Shown piece after piece: positions 61,859 through 64,000 of a stretch of 64,000 nucleotides of DNA. The number at the start of each line of letters is the position of its first letter. The first letter of the stretch is position 1. Location: assembly GCA_017629035.1 (NCBI GenBank), contig JAGBXX010000006.1, positions 22,227 through 86,226 on the forward strand. Reading direction: 5' to 3'. Made by a program: the position numbers and the translations under genes. The DNA is from Alistipes sp. GTDB taxonomy: Bacteria > Bacteroidota > Bacteroidia > Bacteroidales > Rikenellaceae. The notes under the pieces are model-generated. The model worked only from the letters and a program-made list of their open reading frames with translations, searched no databases and was not told the origin of the DNA.

Positions 61859-63187
61859 CTATGCAAGCTCCTGTGCAAGCTTAGCGAAGTCGTCAGCAGA
61901 GATAGCCTTCTCTGTAACCTTCACCTTGCCACGAACATACTCTACAACCTTCTCCTCGAAGAGCTTCTCGTAGATCTTCTGCAACTGCTCCTTGTTGTCC
62001 ATGATCTGCTTAGCGAAGTTCTCGAGCATATCAGCTGGTGCCGATGGCATACCGTACTGAGCAAACTGCATCTGAGCGAATGACATAGCCTCAGCCTTAG
62101 CCTCCTCAGGAGATACTGAGAGGTTAGCCTCAGTTACGATGTGCTTCTGCAAGTAGTTCCAAGTGAACATCTTGATGAATGCCTCGAAATCCTTCTCGAT
62201 CTCCTCACGTGAGAACTTGCCCTCGTTGATAACATACAACCAACGCTTCAAGAACTCCTCAGGCATCTGCAAGTTAGCCTTCTCAACGATAAAGTTGCGA
62301 ACAACGTTAACGAACATGAAGTCAGTCTCGCGCTTAAGCTCACGCTCAATCTCCTCAGCGAAGAACTTGTCGAGCTCCTCCTCAGAAGTTACGTTGCCTG
62401 CAGGGAATGCCATCTTGAAGAACTCCTCGTTGAGCTCTGGATCAGCAAAACGACGAATCTTAGTGATCTCCAACTCGAACTCAGGGTTGATACCCTCCAA
62501 CTCAGCCTCCTTAACAGAGAGGATAGCAGCACGCTGCTCAGGCTTCTTGTAGAGCTCGTTGATGTTTACCTTAGTCTTGTAACCAACCTTCTTGTTCTTC
62601 CACTCCTTACGCTCCTCCTCAGTCATAGAGATAAGACCTACGTAAGCCTCCTCGATGCGGATATCGCCGTTGTCAAGAGTTACGTTCAACGCCTCGTCGT
62701 TAGCAACCTTGTCAACCTCTACCAAGCGGCCGTAACGACGCAAGTAGTTAGTGCGGTACTCAGACTGCATCTTCTTGTCAACCTTGATCTTGCTGTAAAC
62801 GAGCTTATCCTTCTCAGTGAGGTTAAGATCGATCTTTGGAGCCTCGCCGAACTCGAATACGAACTCGAACTCAGTGTTGTTCTCGAAGTCGAACGCACCC
62901 TGCTCCTCTGATGGGATGATATCGCCTACGTAGTCGATATTCTCCTTCTTCAAGTACTCAAAAGCTGAGTTTGAAGCGAGGTGGTATGACTGCTCAGCAA
63001 CCACGTGCTTGCCATACATCTTCTTAATGATACCCATAGGCACCATACCTGGGCGGAAGCCTGGAACGTTAGCCTTACGCTTGTAGTCACGCAACTGGTT
63101 CTCTACAGCCTGGCCGTAGTCTGCCTCGTTAACGACGATCTTCAAAATTGAAACGCCGCCATCACGCTGTTCTCTTGTAATATTCAT
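61859..63187 (-). CDS. tig: Trigger factor
   Basis: PGFRPGMVP ribosome-binding motif; tig-clpP-clpX order; -7 box TACCTTTG at about 63265-63272. Confidence 0.95.
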   Translation of the reverse strand: MNITREQRDGGVSILKIVVNEADYGQAVENQLRDYKRKANVPGFRPGMVPMGIIKKMYGKHVVAEQSYHLASNSAFEYLKKENIDYVGDIIPSEEQGAFDFENNTEFEFVFEFGEAPKIDLNLTEKDKLVYSKIKVDKKMQSEYRTNYLRRYGRLVEVDKVANDEALNVTLDNGDIRIEEAYVGLISMTEEERKEWKNKKVGYKTKVNINELYKKPEQRAAILSVKEAELEGINPEFELEITKIRRFADPELNEEFFKMAFPAGNVTSEEELDKFFAEEIERELKRETDFMFVNVVRNFIVEKANLQMPEEFLKRWLYVINEGKFSREEIEKDFEAFIKMFTWNYLQKHIVTEANLSVSPEEAKAEAMSFAQMQFAQYGMPSAPADMLENFAKQIMDNKEQLQKIYEKLFEEKVVEYVRGKVKVTEKAISADDFAKLAQELA

Positions 63188-63437
63188 AATCAGTATTTTA
63201 TTTATTGTTACTTTCTAATTTCAAGGCTAAGCCACACACATAAAGTATGTAGACATATAGTCGTGCAAAGGTATAAAAAAAATCATAATACGCAAAATTT
63301 TTGTCGCTTACACCACCCATTACCCAGCATTTAACCATATTAGTCCACTGCCCGAGGCAAGATAGTGGTGTAATTTTGAGTAAAAACGGCGCTAAAATTT
63401 CGGTTATTGTCTAAATCTGGTTATCTTTGCACTGAAG

Positions 63438-64000
63438 ATGATACTCGATATTGCACGACATAAATTCTACGAGGGAGCTCTCTACCTCTTCGTTGTGGCC
63501 ATGCTCTCGGTCGTCATAGCCTTCGTAGGCATTGATGACAACATTGCCAACGCCACCATTGCAGCTGCACCACTACAGCCAGCAATGCGCGACTTTATGC
63601 TCATGCATCCCGTATGGTCGGCAATAATTGCGGCAACGATAATCATGATCACGTCGCTGCGCATGACTCGCACAACAATCATCCACTCGTTATTCTCCGT
63701 AGGCTCACTTGCCACCATGTCGCTTAGCGCCGTGGTGATGATGGGCGTGGGCATGCACGGAAATATACTCTCGACACTCATGGTGGGCTTCCTGCTCTCC
63801 GAGGCTATATATCGAGCTGGCTACTGTGTACATCCCGAGCCTACGCTCCACTATATGTTTACGGCATGCATGGCACTGGGAGCAATGCCCCTGTTCGACT
63901 GCTCGATGCTCGCACCAGCCATCGTAGCGCCACTCCTGCTGCTACTCTCGAGCAAGAAACCTCGTGAGATTATCGTGGGATATATAGGTCTACTCGTCCC
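63438..64000 (+). CDS. Multi-pass membrane protein of unknown function (3' end outside window)
   Basis: Not in ORF track. Open from ATG 63438 to the window end (MILDIARHKFYEGALYLFVVAMLS...), hydrophobic segments; TATCTTTG at 63422-63429. Confidence 0.75.
   Translation, partial: MILDIARHKFYEGALYLFVVAMLSVVIAFVGIDDNIANATIAAAPLQPAMRDFMLMHPVWSAIIAATIIMITSLRMTRTTIIHSLFSVGSLATMSLSAVVMMGVGMHGNILSTLMVGFLLSEAIYRAGYCVHPEPTLHYMFTACMALGAMPLFDCSMLAPAIVAPLLLLLSSKKPREIIVGYIGLLV

Noticed and set aside
63308-63373. 9-bp inverted repeat ttacaccac/gtggtgtaa as an invertible promoter; inner tgcccgaggcaagatag resembles 33066-33085
   Set aside because: The repeat is short, encloses no -7 box and has no adjacent invertase; the similarity needs gaps and could be chance.

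Overview
Chromosomal core-genome window from a Bacteroidota genome, most consistent with a Rikenellaceae (Alistipes-like) organism. Support: TAnnTTTG -7 promoter boxes before most transcription units, futalosine-pathway mqnC and Omp28-type lipoproteins. It holds about 53 housekeeping or metabolic CDSs: xerD, prmA, rsgA, a dcw cluster with no mraZ that stops after ftsW, leuS, rnr, recJ, lipA/lipB, gcvH, birA, rlmH, asnS, rpoN and tig-clpP-clpX. It also has the RNase P RNA gene and several CAZymes. Two edge CDSs missing from the ORF track were found by reading the sequence. I saw no transposase, prophage, CRISPR array, tRNA or rRNA. The most notable observations are: (1) a four-gene envelope operon in which every product carries a Cys pair (TlpA-like CxxC protein, DUF6029-like barrel with C-terminal CSGGVC, two Omp28-like CGYC lipoproteins), a candidate trans-outer-membrane thiol-redox relay; (2) a structured 3'-UTR element repeated after gcvH and rlmH (39/48 nt identical, with compensatory base changes), each copy facing an unannotated promoter-to-terminator sRNA candidate; (3) one of those sRNA candidates sits behind palindromic operators divergent from a hemerythrin-LuxR-CutC-transglutaminase operon; (4) two GH2 homologues that have lost their catalytic glutamates. 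Family assignments come from motif recognition by eye; no database searches were run.
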